DNA of 64,000 nt from Antedon mediterranea (GCF_964355755.1 NC_092671.1:19654001-19718000); one strand, 5' to 3'; shown: positions 35,001 through 49,371, numbered from the stretch's first letter. Program-made: numbers and translations. The notes: generated by a model from the letters alone, not told the origin.

Positions 35001-37996
35001 ACTGTTTTACGTGTGCCTACTGCATCTATACACACTATTCTTTCACGATTTGTTTAACTGTCCACCGCCGGGCCGAAATCTGGACTTGTCTATTGGATCA
35101 ACATTATTAGTACTCACAGGCAAAAGATGGAAAAATCGAAACATAATTGATTCGAAAATTAAAGGCTCCTGCGCGTTCCAGGCATTTAAAAAATACACTA
35201 TTCCAATCAAATTAAAATTATTTTTTAGAAAGAAAATAACTTAAAAAAACTTATTACACTTACTGCAATTAATATAAACAAAATCGTAGTAGAAAAGAAA
35301 ACTATTCTTAAATTATAGTAAAAATGTAATCGAAATCTAAAAAAAAAAATATTAATGGTAACATAAATACATGTATTGGCCGAAATGAATCCACAATCAT
35401 TAAATCAACCTTTAACTATCTGTATAATGACTTAAAAATGATTCTTTTTATATTACATTTTTTTAAATTACTATTTTAGTAACATTACTTATTTTTATAA
35501 ATAGAAAGGTCAAACAAATACATTGCGTAGGCCTAAAAGGGTACTGTAGAAACGATTACAATATAATCAATACTTTGCGCTACAGCAATCTGTCTGAATA
35601 TCCTGTTTTTAAAATGGCCATTCATTACTTTAGGCCTACTAATACATAAATAGGTATATTATATATTTCTTCTCGCCCCCATACAATTTCATTCTTGACC
35701 CCATATCTTGTAATTCTAATGCACACAGCTGGTGGGTAACTTACAATGATAGAGCAGTTCACTTACATAAACACAAGAAAAGGTTAAAGCAACACTTGAC
35801 ATTTTGTCTGTCTTATTCAAATTCCTTTAAAAAAAAAAGAATTTGAAATAACACCGATTGCCATATTAAATAAGTTTGTCTAAAACCCATTACTACGATA
35901 ATCTTATATAATATAAAAAAATCTATATTGGCATAACATATAGATCCCAGTTTAAAACACTTGCCACTTTAGTAGTACAACATCTATGTATGAATACCAT
36001 GTGTTATATAATTCAAGAAGCAAAATTATCCAATAATGTTCCCTTTATACAAAAATAAATAAATTGTATTTTTCCCGAGAAGTCATACCATATACAATCA
36101 CATTTTAAAACTTTCAATATCACGATGTTCTTAATCTAACTGAGCAATAAACAAATTCTTGACTTTACTTATAATTGCCAGATACCAGAATTACCTTTAT
36201 TGGAAACGTAAACACATAGGTTATGAAAAATAGGAAGCCTAAGTGATTACTATTTACAGTCATGGAGGAATTAGACTAATTCCTCTATGGTATAGTAAGA
36301 TAATTAATATAAACGTTAGGGAACATTATTAATCTTTTCATATTATTTTAAAGCATAGTCATGTGATACTGGTATAAAATCAAGATAACATTATTTATTT
36401 CAACAATATTTTACCAGGATTTTTCCATCCAGCCGAATCAAATTACCCGAAGGTGGTTCACTGGCTGAAGGGGGTGACATTTTCAACTGGTGAAGCCTTG
36501 ATTGTGTTAAAGGGAGCCAGCAATCTGCGATTTTTACTTTGGATTTCACCATAAAACCCATCATAGACAAGAAACAATACAAAATAAAGGGTATTAATTA
36601 CCTGGGTAACTACGGCAACCCCTGCACCGCCCTGTATACAATTTGATGATAATTCACAGCCTCAAGCATTCCCTCAATATGCTTTAACTAGTTCACACTG
36701 ACAGATAAATATTTTCTAGATTGATAATCTTTTGCATACCTTTCTTGTGTTTTTTAATTTATCAGTAATTGGTGATCGTTACGTGTTAGGTTATGTAAAC
36801 AACTGTTCAATAATAATAATTTTCAAAATATTTTTACTAAGGTACCCCGACTTAGATAGCACTTGGTCATCATCTTATTTAATATTTACAGTACATTGCA
36901 ATTGTGAGAATTTAACAAACTGTTACTCTTGCATTACAATGCATCCCTAAAATTACTTTTACCAATTTCAATATGGATGCTAGTTTTATGGCATTAATAC
37001 AAATGCATAAGTTGAATTCGTAGCAAAATCACAATTTTAATTTTCTTTTTATGGGAAAAAGTGACAAAGTTTACAAGTTATTTATTTTCTTGAACACAGA
37101 ACACACCTGTCGGATGATTAAAGGCCCTTTATACTACCTAAGATAAATATACATTTTCCTACAGAAAACAAGAGATAAATTTCTTCCTAGAACTATAGGA
37201 TAACCATTCTTTTTACTGTCTTTGATGAAAATAATTTTCAAACAAAACTAATATAATGAAGTCATGATCAATAATAACAATAACACTACTAATTGAGGCT
37301 ACACTTGAGGGTAAGGTGAAGAAGTTGGAGTTTCACATTTGTTAAATAAAAAAATACCAATCTACAAACTGCTGGATCTTCCATTGGCAGCTACCTCATT
37401 AAATAACTTTTTGTATATCATTTAATAGAGCCGAATTTGGAACCAACACAATTTAAAATTAGTGTGTTCCATTTATATTTTATTTTATTTACAAAATATG
37501 ATATGGCATAGTATGCTATTTATAGTCAATGGGGTACGTCCTTCATTGCATTTGCGTTTCAACAGAAAAACTAAAATAAAATAATTGATCATGCAGTTTA
37601 AAAATTTTCAATTAATTCTGGCAATAATAATATCACTCAAAAAAGAACTTGTTTTATGTATTCCAAACTATCCACACATAACAATTTAGATCAATATTAA
37701 AATCCCATATGAACTATAACATATAAAATTTACTCATAAAATATGGACCATAAAACCTTAAATTAAAAAGAGGGAACTAGTTTTATTTTCTGATTTTTTC
37801 CTTTATCAATGTTTTCAGTCTAATGCATGTTTTTACTCTAACCGAAATTCAGGGCAGTTTAATGTATGGCGTATGTAGAGTCAAGAGTTTATAAGCTGTA
37901 TACTTTTCCATAAGCTGAATGATTAATTCAAGTCTTACAAATGAGTTACTTTAAAATACAAATCTTTCCAAATCTGCAATATTCATAATATAATGT

Positions 37997-38167
37997 TCAT
38001 ATGCTGGATTCCTTGGTAGGCAGTTCATCTATCATGATGCCAACTGAACTTGTGTTAATTGTACGACTGAGTTGTGATATCCTTGCTTCTACACATCCGG
38101 CTGATAATCTCGCCTCGGCATCATGATCCCAACACTCTTCAATTGTTGCACAATATGTTTGCATCCC
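37997..38167 (-). CDS. ACVR2: ACVR2 last coding exon
   Basis: ttttttag|[35 protein letters not shown]...PTKESSI*. Confidence 0.92.
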   Translation of the reverse strand, partial: GMQTYCATIEECWDHDAEARLSAGCVEARISQLSRTINTSSVGIMIDELPTKESSI

Positions 38168-41100
38168 CTAAAAAAACATTTTTTTAGGGATATTACCATA
38201 GATCAACTGCTTGCCACTGCCAGTCATTTTCAAAAATACAACATTTATCAATGATCAACTATTAATAATCAACAATCACTTTAAATATTCTTTTATTTAA
38301 TCAAGTTTGACAGCTAAAGGATATTTGAACGTTAACTAAATATTATTATTAGCTTTGCCATGTATTTTAATTTGTTATTTTATCATATAATTCATGTAAA
38401 TCTTGAAAGCACTATTATGTTAAAAAATGTCTTTAATTATCAATGTAAAATAAAAATGGAATCGTTGGAAAAACTAAATAAAAAAAATTGTTGTCATGAT
38501 TTTTTGTAAATTGCAAAGACAGAAAATAGTTACAAGTTGGCCTCTTACTGAAATAATTCACAGTAGGTGTGTTCTAAAAGATTAACTGTTTTAATTCTAA
38601 AATTCTAGAACAGTTTTTCAGCACATGAAATATTCTCACTATTAAACAGTTATTTGTATATTACAACACAACTGATTGTATTCTTGACATTTGATTGGTT
38701 AATTTAATTATCACATTCCCGGCCTATTCATCTCCGCCTTGGTACATAGAGCAGTCAATCTTTTAACTCTTGAAATATTATTACCATTCAACTCATAAAC
38801 ATTCATGATTTGTATAATATTATTTATTAAGGTAGTAGTTAAATTAGGCTATGTATAAATCATGTTTTAAATGGTCTTAAAACTGAATGTTGAGAATTAA
38901 AATGTACATGAAAAGATTGTTACAAAAATTGTACCTGATGTTTCAGCCAATGCTCCCTAAAAGTGGGACGCAATTTTTTCTCAACCACTATTTCCTGCAT
39001 GTCCTCTAAAGAAGGTGCCAAGCCAACTTCCTCTTCAAGCGGTAGCATGTATTCATCAACAATCCCTAAGAATTAGAATGCAAAAGATATTAGTCATAAA
39101 TACATGATGATTTGTTTATTAACAATCATAGGCATGAAATTAAAGATTCCCTGCAGATTCAAAATTAATTCTCTATTGTATAAAAATAGTTTAGTTTTAA
39201 TTGAAAATTTACCATCAATAGGACATCTAGTAGCCAGCTCCCACAGGACCAATCCACAGGCATACATGTCAATTCTCAAGAATGCATCACGATGAAAACT
39301 TACTGCCCCTTCTAAAATCTCTGGGGCCATGTATCGTCTTGTACCAACCTGAAGAGATAAAATGTATAATACATGAGTCACTATTTAATAATAAAAGCTA
39401 ATCCATACTTTGTTTCAGCTGTTAAATAGTTTTTATCCATGAATCTTTATAAATGCCGTAGTTTTCACATACAATGTATTATCAAACATTACATAGTTTA
39501 TGATTGGAATGGTACAAATAATGTCATGAGGTGAATGATGAAACCATTCCACGAATGGAAACATTCATTATTTTTGTTAACATCTAAATAGATGTCACTT
39601 ATATTAAAATGAATAAAAGGTAGGCCTACATTTGATTCACATTGAAACAGTAACATTTATTTGTTTTTGTTCATAGGCCTATTTACTTTGCACAACAATT
39701 ATACTACAGAATATATTTGATTTTTTATAGTATATTAAATATATTTGGATTTATAAAAATACCTACTGTAGTGTAATTATGTTAATGACCAATCCTAAGC
39801 CTAGCTAGGCTAAAGCGCTTAGGCTAGAAAGGCAGCGATACCATTACGCAACTGATCTAGGCCAATTCTGTTTTTTCCAAAGATTTAAAACTTCTTGTAG
39901 AGTTGTTTCCATTAATTAATAAAAACCATACAAACGATCTAAAGCTAATTCAAATACTTTTTTTGGTCTAAATTAGTACGTATCTCTCCAAAAAATGTTA
40001 TTTGCGTCCCGATTATTAGAATGTATGTTGTTATTGCTTACATGAGGTTGTTCACAGAATCTTCAGATTTTTTTTGTACATGAAAAAATGGTCAAAAATG
40101 ATAGTACATACTATTGCAAGCCACATGACCCACAATCGTCGTTATTTATTTATTACACTTACATTTTATGACTTACATGACATGCAGACTCTATAAAATG
40201 GTTGGGAATACCGATACTGTGCATAGCTCATTTGTTAGAGAATATAGATACCTTTCTGTTAACAAATTTAAAACTTTTTATAATACAATTCAATTAGCCA
40301 TTCCAAATTACCTGACCAAGAGAAAATCAATAGCCATAAAGCCTACATACAATGTGCTCCTTTTATGATTACTGTAATACCTACCACCTAGAAAAACTAG
40401 GTTTGTACTCCGCGGCATCAACACCTACATTTTGTAGGCAAAACAAATGGAAGAATCGTAACTTTTCAGCGAAATACAGGGTTTTCGCCATTGTATAAAT
40501 GAAATCTGGCAAAAACAGAAAGACATCTATGCAGCAACTAGACAATGTCAGACTAGGCCTATTCTAGCGTACAATGTTTGTATGGTACTGGTGTTATACC
40601 AGCTAGGCCTACAAAACTAAACCTAGCTAGGCTACTGTAGGCCTAAGAGGCCTTCCACGAGAGGACATTCGATGCGAGCTACTTACAGTAGGTAGTGCAT
40701 TGTTTTTCTCTTTTTATCATAATTTACCATAAAACCTACATATTTTAAGGCAAGGAATGACCTTGTTTAATGTGTATGCATTATTTTTACAAAACGTCAA
40801 AATTGTAGGAATGGGTCTTTAACCAATTAATATTTATAGTTTTTCAAATTTGGTAAAGAAATTAAAAACCTTTAACAATTGGGTAAAGAAATTAAAAACC
40901 TTTAACGAATTTGGGTAAAGAAATTAAAAACCTTTAACAATTGGGTAAAGAAATTAAAAACCTTTAACAATTGGGTAAAGAAATTAAAAACCTTTAACAA
41001 TTGGGTAAAGAAATTAAAAACCTTTAACAATTGGGTAAAGAAATTAAAAACCTTTAACAATTGGGTAAAGAAATTAAAAACCTTTCACAATTGGGTAAAG

Positions 41101-44100
41101 AAATTAAAAACCTTTAACAATTGGGTAAAGAAATTAAAAACCTTTAACGAATTTGGGTAAAGAAATGTTTTCCTGAACACACATCTCCCACCAGCCCACT
41201 AATTCAGATAAATTCAGATACAAAACTTTCCCATCTTTTTCGCTAAATTTTGCATGCAGATCCTCATGGGATTATGCAGTCATAAGGTAGTTGATGATAC
41301 AAGTAAAATGGATATTCCCCTAGACACAATAAATGTACTCCTAAATATACTTTAAACTGCAATCATCCAAGAGAATGTTCACAATCCGTATCCCAATCTT
41401 GCAGCTTCTTGCATGTATGGTGTTACTCAGTTGCACAATCAATAATATTTTGGGGGAATTAAATAGATTTATGAGCAAGAATTGCTGAGTGACTTAGTAA
41501 CGAGCGCTGATTAAACCAGATTTGTTGCCCTTTCTTTATACCTTGCACTATGCTTACAAATTGAAGATAAATATTTAAATCTGTTGGGTTATCCTGTTTA
41601 TGATTTACAGCTACTGGGATTTTCAAAATGTTGTTATTGAAAATGTGATCCTCATCACAATAAAGATACTATTACTAATACTGGATATTATGTAAATAGT
41701 AGAATATTTAGCTATGTATAATCATATCATGATTATCGCTGTCATTACTGTAAGTTTCAATTGTACTTTACTGTATGATTTATTTTTGATGTATTATACA
41801 GCACTATAATTTCAACTAATTCCTATACATACTGTAAATGTTACAAAGACTTAAATCATTGTTGCGAACTCTTACTGTTGTATTTGTATATTTATTGTTA
41901 TTATGTTTTTGTAATCATGTTAGGAATGTTTGTATTCATAGAATGTAATATTTTTTGATAAAGAGTTAAAAGTTGGGCTGGTCTATTAACTAACCAAGGC
42001 CCAAATGTAAATTAAAATAATGTGGCATTCAGTCACAACCACAAGCCTCATTTCAACTAAATTTCCAACATAAATGTTACAAGGCGTATGCAAAATTTTA
42101 GATTTTAGGAACAGGATCTTTGTCAACATTTTTACAAAGCAAGCACTACAGCATTGTGCATAGTATACTGTATGGATTAGTTTTTAGTCGCGACTCAATA
42201 GTTCACTATGTCGGTCGGTCGGTCTGTCTGTCGGTCCGGTATCACTATGCGTTTTATTGCTTTTCTGTACCTTTTGATGTACATTACTTTTTGAAAGTTC
42301 ATATTTTTCTGAGAGCACGCGATTTATGGCTGTTGGCCTTGTTTAATGTGTAGTTAGCTTTAAATTGTTCAACAAGTTTCAAGAAAAATTCAAAGTATCA
42401 TAATGAGGATACAAAGTGACACCAATTCCAACAGGACAACAAAGTTAACATCATACAGTACAAAAATATGGTTTTCTGCAAGATACCATACCAATTTACA
42501 AATATGTTTCCAATAACAAAGGCCCACAGAAGTATATAAAAACCTATGGTTGTTATGGTTGTATAAGAACAAAGGGAATGTAATAAATGAATATCACCCA
42601 TAAAATGTAATATAAAGTAACATCTTGAGTACCAGCATCTATCGATACAATATTTCAATCATATGTCACAAAATAGATGATATATGGAGTTAATATCGTG
42701 CAAAGAAAATTTCCTGTCTGTTATGTGAGGTTTAGAATAAATTAGAAAACGCAAGATAAATCATATACTTGTACTGAATTGTTAGATGAACAAAGAGGTA
42801 TTGATTAAAATTAAAAATGTAAAACAACCTTGTAATTATATCATTTTCCACAACTTGCTTTTAGATTAAGTATTGTGTTGTAAATCTCTTTAATTAAAAA
42901 TTACAACCATGACAAACGCAGCATTTTTTTGTAAAAAGTTGTGCTAGAAAGCACCTAATTGTAATTTTGCTTTTTAAAAGTTTCCTTAATAATTACATCA
43001 ATAAATTTTCAAAAGTAATGGAAAAATCCAATAATGTGTTTCATTTCATATCAACATTGACTTTGAATGGTATTGAATAATAACAGGGATACAAGAAGAA
43101 ATTTTCTTTAAGAAGGATGACTAGACATAAAGATGAAATTTTGAATATGTACAGTATTGTAAAAATACCTTTGGATATATTATGTTAGGCTGTTTAAACT
43201 CACTTCAACTATTTACAAACTTTGTCATAGCCATTTAAAATGTGTTTTTTTAATTCCCAACTTTTCATTTTTTTCAAATTATTAAATTTCATTTAATATT
43301 AAATGCAAAACGGCAGAAAGTCAAAACAAAACGATGTAATCAACTCATAATGCCTTGAATATGTCAATGTATACTATTAACACTTTGACTGCCAAACACG
43401 AAGATCTTCGTTTTTGGAAACACAACGCTTGACTGCCAAACACGAAGATCTTCGTTTTTCGCGTTTTTTTACGAAATCCGGTAGGTAGGTAAATTATTGG
43501 TATATACTATAAATATGGACACTAAATTCGGTCTGGACCGTGAATATTTTACCTTTTGAAAGTAACTAATCTGGTTACGAACGATTGTCAAAATGGTACC
43601 TGTCGAAATAACATACACCGCGCATCACAGTAGCGCGTACAACGATGGTTTGGCGCATTGTGTAACGGTCGCGCGCTAGCTATGCCGCCGAAGCATTACA
43701 AAGGTTTATGTGGATTGGCATGTTTGTTTGTTATCTGAATAAAAAATAATGGATGAATTTTCAATAAGAAGTCTTATTATTGTATGTATACCCTAATTGT
43801 TTTGGTGTTTCACTGTAAGTGGCAGAGTTTCACGCCACAAACTTGTTTAGAAATGGTATGAATATTATCATCAGTTTACTAGCTAGGCTAGTAGTACTAG
43901 GCTATAGCCTAGGCCTAGTCGTAAAACGGTTCCGGACCAACTTTAGGCCTAGTTAACTAGGCCTGGTGTCTTTACTATGTGGATTTTGGCAAAACATTGA
44001 TGTAAGATTTATGATTTATAAAATGTAATACATTTTTCGATAGTGATAACTTGTTTTTATAGGCCTACCGGTGCCGTGTAAGTAACTTTTTCGTTGTTTG

Positions 44101-47100
44101 TTGATCTCACCGGGCGATATTTTCATATTGTGATGTCTTGCACAAAATCGCGAATATCTCGACTTTCTTGCGCGAAACTAAGAAAAACTCAAAAAGTGCG
44201 TTACTTTCATTTTACTATTACAACTTATATATTGCGATTTGCGATCGTTCTTGGTACCATTGTAAAGCTAAAATCTTTATGATTATTTTAGTCTAAATTA
44301 CATGTAAATCAGATCACATACATAGTTTCAATCAGCTTTAATAAAAACATCGAATTGGGCTATAAACGCTGGCGGTGGCAGTTTCTAACTGGAAAAACCT
44401 CTGGCAGTCAAAGTGTTAATGGTATTGTGTATTTGCATCGTGATCATACACAATGTAATGCAAATTACGAGAAGGTAGTTTTGGTTTATGTCAAGCTTAT
44501 TTTAATAGCTTTCCTCATTATGCATGTTTTATGGAAACAATAAACATGAATAATACCAAACAAACAATAAACAAAATTTAAAAAAAATTATTATTTGAGA
44601 GCAACAAATTTACATCATCATTATAAATACTTTATAGAATGTAGCATCCAAAAAATAAATTTAGTTCAAAATTTTGAAATATTTTCCTTTTCTATTCTAT
44701 TTTATTATTTTGTGTTATTTTCGAACATCTCTTGGCGGCAATACTCTTGATACTCCCAAGCTTATCAAAAATAATGTATACATTTTAAATAAAAACCCAA
44801 AAGAAATATAACTATACCTGATTTTGAGAATCGCAAGGGTTCTTTCCAAACTCAAATTTGACAGCCAGGCCAAAATCAGCAATACATGCAGTCATGTCAT
44901 TCTTCAGCAAGATATTTTTACTCTTAAAATCTCGATGAGCTATAGCAGGTTTTCCTGCTGAAGTCGTTGGAAGAATATCTTCATGAAGGAATGCCAGGCC
45001 ATGTGCCATTGACTCTGCAATTTTACACATCTCTGCCCAGGTCACGGTGTTAGCTTTCAAATAATCATAAATAGAACCATGAGGATGGAACTCCGTGATT
45101 AGCCACAATTCTTGGTTTAGGCCTTTATCTCGCATTTCTGAACTGATAAAATGAAGTAGGTTTGGGTGATTCATGTGAGGGACATTGTATATTTCTTGTT
45201 CAGTCTGCCATGAGAGTTTGTCTTGAATCGGAAAAACTTTAACAGCAACATATTTATTGCTTACATCTGAGGTTTCAGCTTTCCAGACTGCACCAAACCT
45301 CCCCCTTGCTTTGATTTCAATTAGTTTTAAGTTTGTTGATAGTGAACCTGGAGATGGCGTATGAATCAGCAATGGCTCATTCTTCATTTCAAATTGGTAT
45401 GACTCAATGTTATGACGTCTACACATCCAGTAGGCGATCACTAAGAATAATGTAATAGCAGCTAAAGGCACCAATGAGTACATCATCGTTAGCAGTAACA
45501 TCTTTTTCTGACTTCCAGTGGTTGGTGTGGGATTATCTTTTAAACATAATTCGAACAAAGTTATTTAACTATAGAAATGTTCCCTTTTGTTTACTAAAAC
45601 TTCATAAAAAAAGAAAGGTAACATAAAGGTGTACTTAGGTTGACAAAGACCTCAACTCAAACTTTGTCGACTTTCAAGCAACTGAACAGAACTGAAAAGA
45701 TCTAGATTTTGTCAAAAATTGAATATATCACAAGTACTTTTAGTCGTCAATAATTCATGATGGTTCAGTTATGTTCAAATGAAAGCAACTATCTCAACTG
45801 CACTATTCTTTGACATATTTTGTTTAACTTTATGTTATGTTAAGTTTCTGTCAGTTGCCTGGAGTGTTCACCAGTTGAGTTGAGTTCTGTCACGAAACCA
45901 TAAGCATGTTTCCATTCGACATTGAATTTGGGAGAGTTGGGTTGAGCTAATAATATAAATTAATAATGGTGGTAATAGCTAACAAACAAATTTTAAAACA
46001 ATCATTAGTAGGAAATTATTTAAGCATTTTTCTCATGCGGAGTGTGTGTAAGTTTTTTTTCCTGTAAAATGTTTGAATTTGGTAACTCCAAGCAAATTGA
46101 AAACATACTTTAATACTAGTAGATTGATATAGGCCTACAGTAATAAAAAAAAAAATATGTGAAAAGTGATCTAAATTCTCATGACTCAATATTTAAATTT
46201 TTCGTTCAAAAAGTATATTTTGTACTAAAAAAATGTACAGTATAAGGTAGCATCATAGCTGTATAACAGAAAATTAACATGTATTGTAAATTATACCTAA
46301 TGACCATAAATCCATAACATTTTAAACTTTAAATAAAATATGAAAAATTACCATTTGGATAATAATATGAAGTTGTGGTGGGCTTAGGATCTGGAATATG
46401 TGAAAAGTTGCTATTACAGTGGTCTCGTGAGCAACAGCAAAATATGAAGACCTCAATTTTTGGCTCCACCTGTCGACTAATACAATAGTCAGTATCTGTG
46501 CATTTATCCTTGGTTGCCTCACTCCAACATCCCTGCAAACTAATTTGACCAGACGATTGGTTCCATAGTGTATAACAATGAGCTGTACCCAATTCATCAT
46601 CAGGTTTGCATACTTCTGTGCTGTTGTGACAATTTTCTTTGCCTTTTGAACAATGACAACTTAACGCCTCGACTGTAATAACATCAATCAGCAGATGGGT
46701 TCCTGATAAGTAATTATAAATATAACAAAATATTAAATGAATTTAAAATACGCTAACCTTTTAAAAAAATTGGTTTTTTTTCAAGATTTTTGTTCTTTTA
46801 GTATTACCTATTTATGATATCTAAATTTATTATTATAATTATTATTTTATATTACTTTTATTGTGCTTTTTACAATTACTGCCAAACATACATATTTAAA
46901 ACTACTTTACAACATTTTTCCAGGGTAGTCTAATTAATTGAACAGTAAAGAGAGCATCAATATGTTTTTAACTAGATGTGAAGATGAAGACCTGTAGACT
47001 TGGCTTGTGAAGCTTGAGGCGCTGGTTCGGTTCAGTTTACTATATGTTTACCCATATTGCATAAAGGTCACATTGTTTGCCCATAGCTAACTTTTGAAAC

Positions 47101-48627
47101 CTATCCTATGAAATATGTTTTTGAAGATATAAATTTTGCAATACATTACACAAACCTGTGATAATGTCATTTACAACTTTATGTGGGAGTGCCACAAAAT
47201 CCATGAAATGAGATAAAGTGCTGTTTTTAAGATCTACAGTACTGTAGTACCACTTTTATAAAGTTACTTAAAATAAAAATAAAACTTGAAGAATTCATTT
47301 ATTTGAACATTTGAAGCTAAAAGTATTGTTAGTAAAAAATCAATAGTCTTTAAAATAAAACAAACAAATTAAAGCATTCTAACGCGGGAGCCGAAAAAAA
47401 TAAAGGGAATGACCGACCAACCAATTGACAACAAAGATATTATAAGAAGCTCCATGCTAATGAAACCAATTACTATAATGTTTGGAAGAGTATCTAAATC
47501 TGATGGAAGCATGAATGATCAACCAATCAACAGATGGAAGCATTAATGATCAACCAATCAACTCACTGATGAAGTGGAGTCTACAGTATGGGTGGTCAGG
47601 AGCGAACAGCATTATTTAGCACCAACTTAGATTTAATCCATAAAAAGTAGAATTTTTTAAATAAAATTAAATCATTAATTTACAAAAATGAATGATCAAA
47701 AGACTTTATCACAAAAAACAGTTCAGACTCTATTACATTTAAATATAAAAGAAGCTGATTGCACAACACAACAGCTCAGAATATTTGCAGTCAGAGGTTA
47801 TTACAAAATATGAAAATATGACAAAATATGATGTACAGTAATAACAGAAACTTGAATTAAAAAGTTAAGGATTAAATTTAGGATGTACAGTAGTGTAGAT
47901 TATGGTTGGCTAGCCGATTAACATTATTTGTTTGAATTTAAATTATTGAACATATCATGTAATGAATGGCAAGGAAGACTATAGACATGTTGTGTCCTGT
48001 ACACAATTTGCTTTACTTATTTTAAGGTTTATAATATAAAACTGTTGGGTAAAAAGCCAACAAAATGTGACATTTTTATTACCTTGATATACTGTATTTA
48101 CAAATGTTGATATTATAGAAAATACAAGGCTTGTTGATTCAAGGTTCTATTGATAAAGTTTGTTTGCTTATTTTATCCTAAGTAATCATAGACTATGCTC
48201 ATAGCAAGGTATCATTAGAAAAAAAAAACACATCAAATCATGTTACTAAAATAATAATGTCACTGATTATTGTCACTTAATTATTAACTTTGTTTCATTG
48301 TTTGTAAGTTAGTAATTAATAGTTAAATTTTATTTACATTACAAATTAAGGATATCATTGTAATAATATACCAAACAAAACAATTCTTCCAAATAAAGTG
48401 AAAAGTATGATTTAGTTGACTCCATCCAACTCCCACTCAAGTGGGTATTAAAACACAGACAAACAGAATAGTCTTTTGCGAGTCTCTTAATAAGTAACTT
48501 ATTCTACCAACAACAAAATATCTCAAAATGTGACTTTACAGTATGAAATAAAATAAATTAAATGAAAACAAACTTTACCAAGTAAAAAAATGGTAATGAT
48601 CATCTTGGTTGTGTTTATACTCATCAT
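37997..48627 (-). CDS. ACVR2: Activin receptor type II (TGF-beta family type II Ser/Thr kinase receptor), spliced gene, ~518 aa
   Basis: complement(join(37997..38167,38935..39065,39213..39348,44818..45536,46352..46702,48579..48627)); 1557 nt, phases consistent. Contains a signal peptide, a Cys-box ectodomain ([10 protein letters not shown]), a TM helix and a kinase ([51 protein letters not shown]). There is no GS box. The short tail ends KESSI (PDZ-binding, ACVR2-type), unlike the long BMPR2 tail. Confidence 0.93.
38935..39065 (-). CDS. ACVR2: ACVR2 kinase exon
   Basis: ttcttag|(G)[43 protein letters not shown]|gtacaa, 131 nt. Confidence 0.92.
39213..39348 (-). CDS. ACVR2: ACVR2 kinase exon (APE)
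   Basis: cttcag|[45 protein letters not shown]|gtaaat. Confidence 0.93.
39830..40137 (+). repeat. Unclassified dispersed repeat, copy 2
   Basis: Colinear with 17205-17510. Confidence 0.6.
40848..41164. repeat. 30-bp minisatellite, ~10 copies, in an ACVR2 intron
   Basis: (aacaattgggtaaagaaattaaaaaccttt)n. Confidence 0.95.
42183..42343 (+). mobile_element. HINE family B, short copy
   Basis: Shares agtcgcgactc..atagttcactatgtc..gtcggtccggtatcactatgcg and the gagcacgcga...ttgtt end with 30576-31261. Confidence 0.7.
43381..44415. mobile_element. Non-autonomous piggyBac-like element (1035 bp)
   Basis: Perfect 14-bp TIR CACTTTGACTGCCA, TTAA on both sides, 33-bp subterminal direct repeat at the left end. 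Confidence 0.88.
44818..45536 (-). CDS. ACVR2: ACVR2 TM plus N-terminal kinase exon
   Basis: 719 nt within ORF 44812..45558; TM helix, Gly-rich loop, VAVK, HRD and DFG. Confidence 0.93.
46352..46702 (-). CDS. ACVR2: ACVR2 ectodomain exon
   Basis: [24 protein letters not shown]...HCYTLWN...QGCW...[13 protein letters not shown]...YYYPN, 351 nt, phase 1/1. Confidence 0.9.
48579..48627 (-). CDS. ACVR2: ACVR2 first coding exon (signal peptide)
   Basis: [16 protein letters not shown](G)|gtaaag, phase 1 matching the next exon; acceptor ctttcattaactag at 48653-48654. Confidence 0.65.
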
Positions 48628-49371
48628 GGAAACATAGAAGTGGTTGATCAATCTAGTTAATGAAAGAAGTTTAGTGTTACTGTTAGTACATATTACCAAT
48701 AATTCATGTCCATTATGACATAAAAACAAAACAGGTTTATTTTATCCCAGCAGTGTAAAAGGGGTAACTAAATACAATATTGCTGCTAATGGTTACTTAC
48801 CCTTTTATAGTTGAAAACATATTATATAATGCAAATGAAGATGATCTTCAGTTAATCTATAAAAAATAAAAAGTACTTTCATACTTTGTTTTATAGGAGC
48901 AATTTAATAAAGGAATTAATTAAATTTCACATAGCTTTTATGAGTATTTTGTGCTTGTTGGAGAGTGGGAAAAACTGATTTTATGACATATAATTACATA
49001 AATAATTTTTCTGTATTGATATTAAATGTATGTTGACTTTATTTAGTGTACAATATCTACCAAAATACTTATATTATATAGTACTACCATAAAAAAAAAC
49101 ATCGAAAAGAAGCACACTCCTGTGATTTGCAAAAGTAATCTCTAAGCCCATCTCAAAATGATGCCTACTGGGCTTCTCTATTTGAATGTTGTCTTTTGCT
49201 TTCTTGGACAAATATGTAAAATTGTCTAAAAAATTATTATACTGTTAGCAATTCACAAATTTTATTTCTAAAAGAAACCTCTTCAGTTTGCAAAAGTAAT
49301 CTAAAAAAGAATCCTATCTCAAAATTACCATTTACGGTAGTATAAGAGGGAGAGATTAATTTTATGGTTTT

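Noticed and set aside
32500-37996. Defined ACVR2 3' UTR end or poly(A) site
   Set aside because: AATAAA is too frequent in this AT-rich region to choose a site without transcript data.
44812-45558. Stand-alone 248-aa kinase ORF, or a BMPR2/TGFBR2/type I receptor call
   Set aside because: It is an internal exon with AG/GT boundaries. The absence of a GS box, the short KESSI tail and the KARGRFG motif indicate ACVR2.
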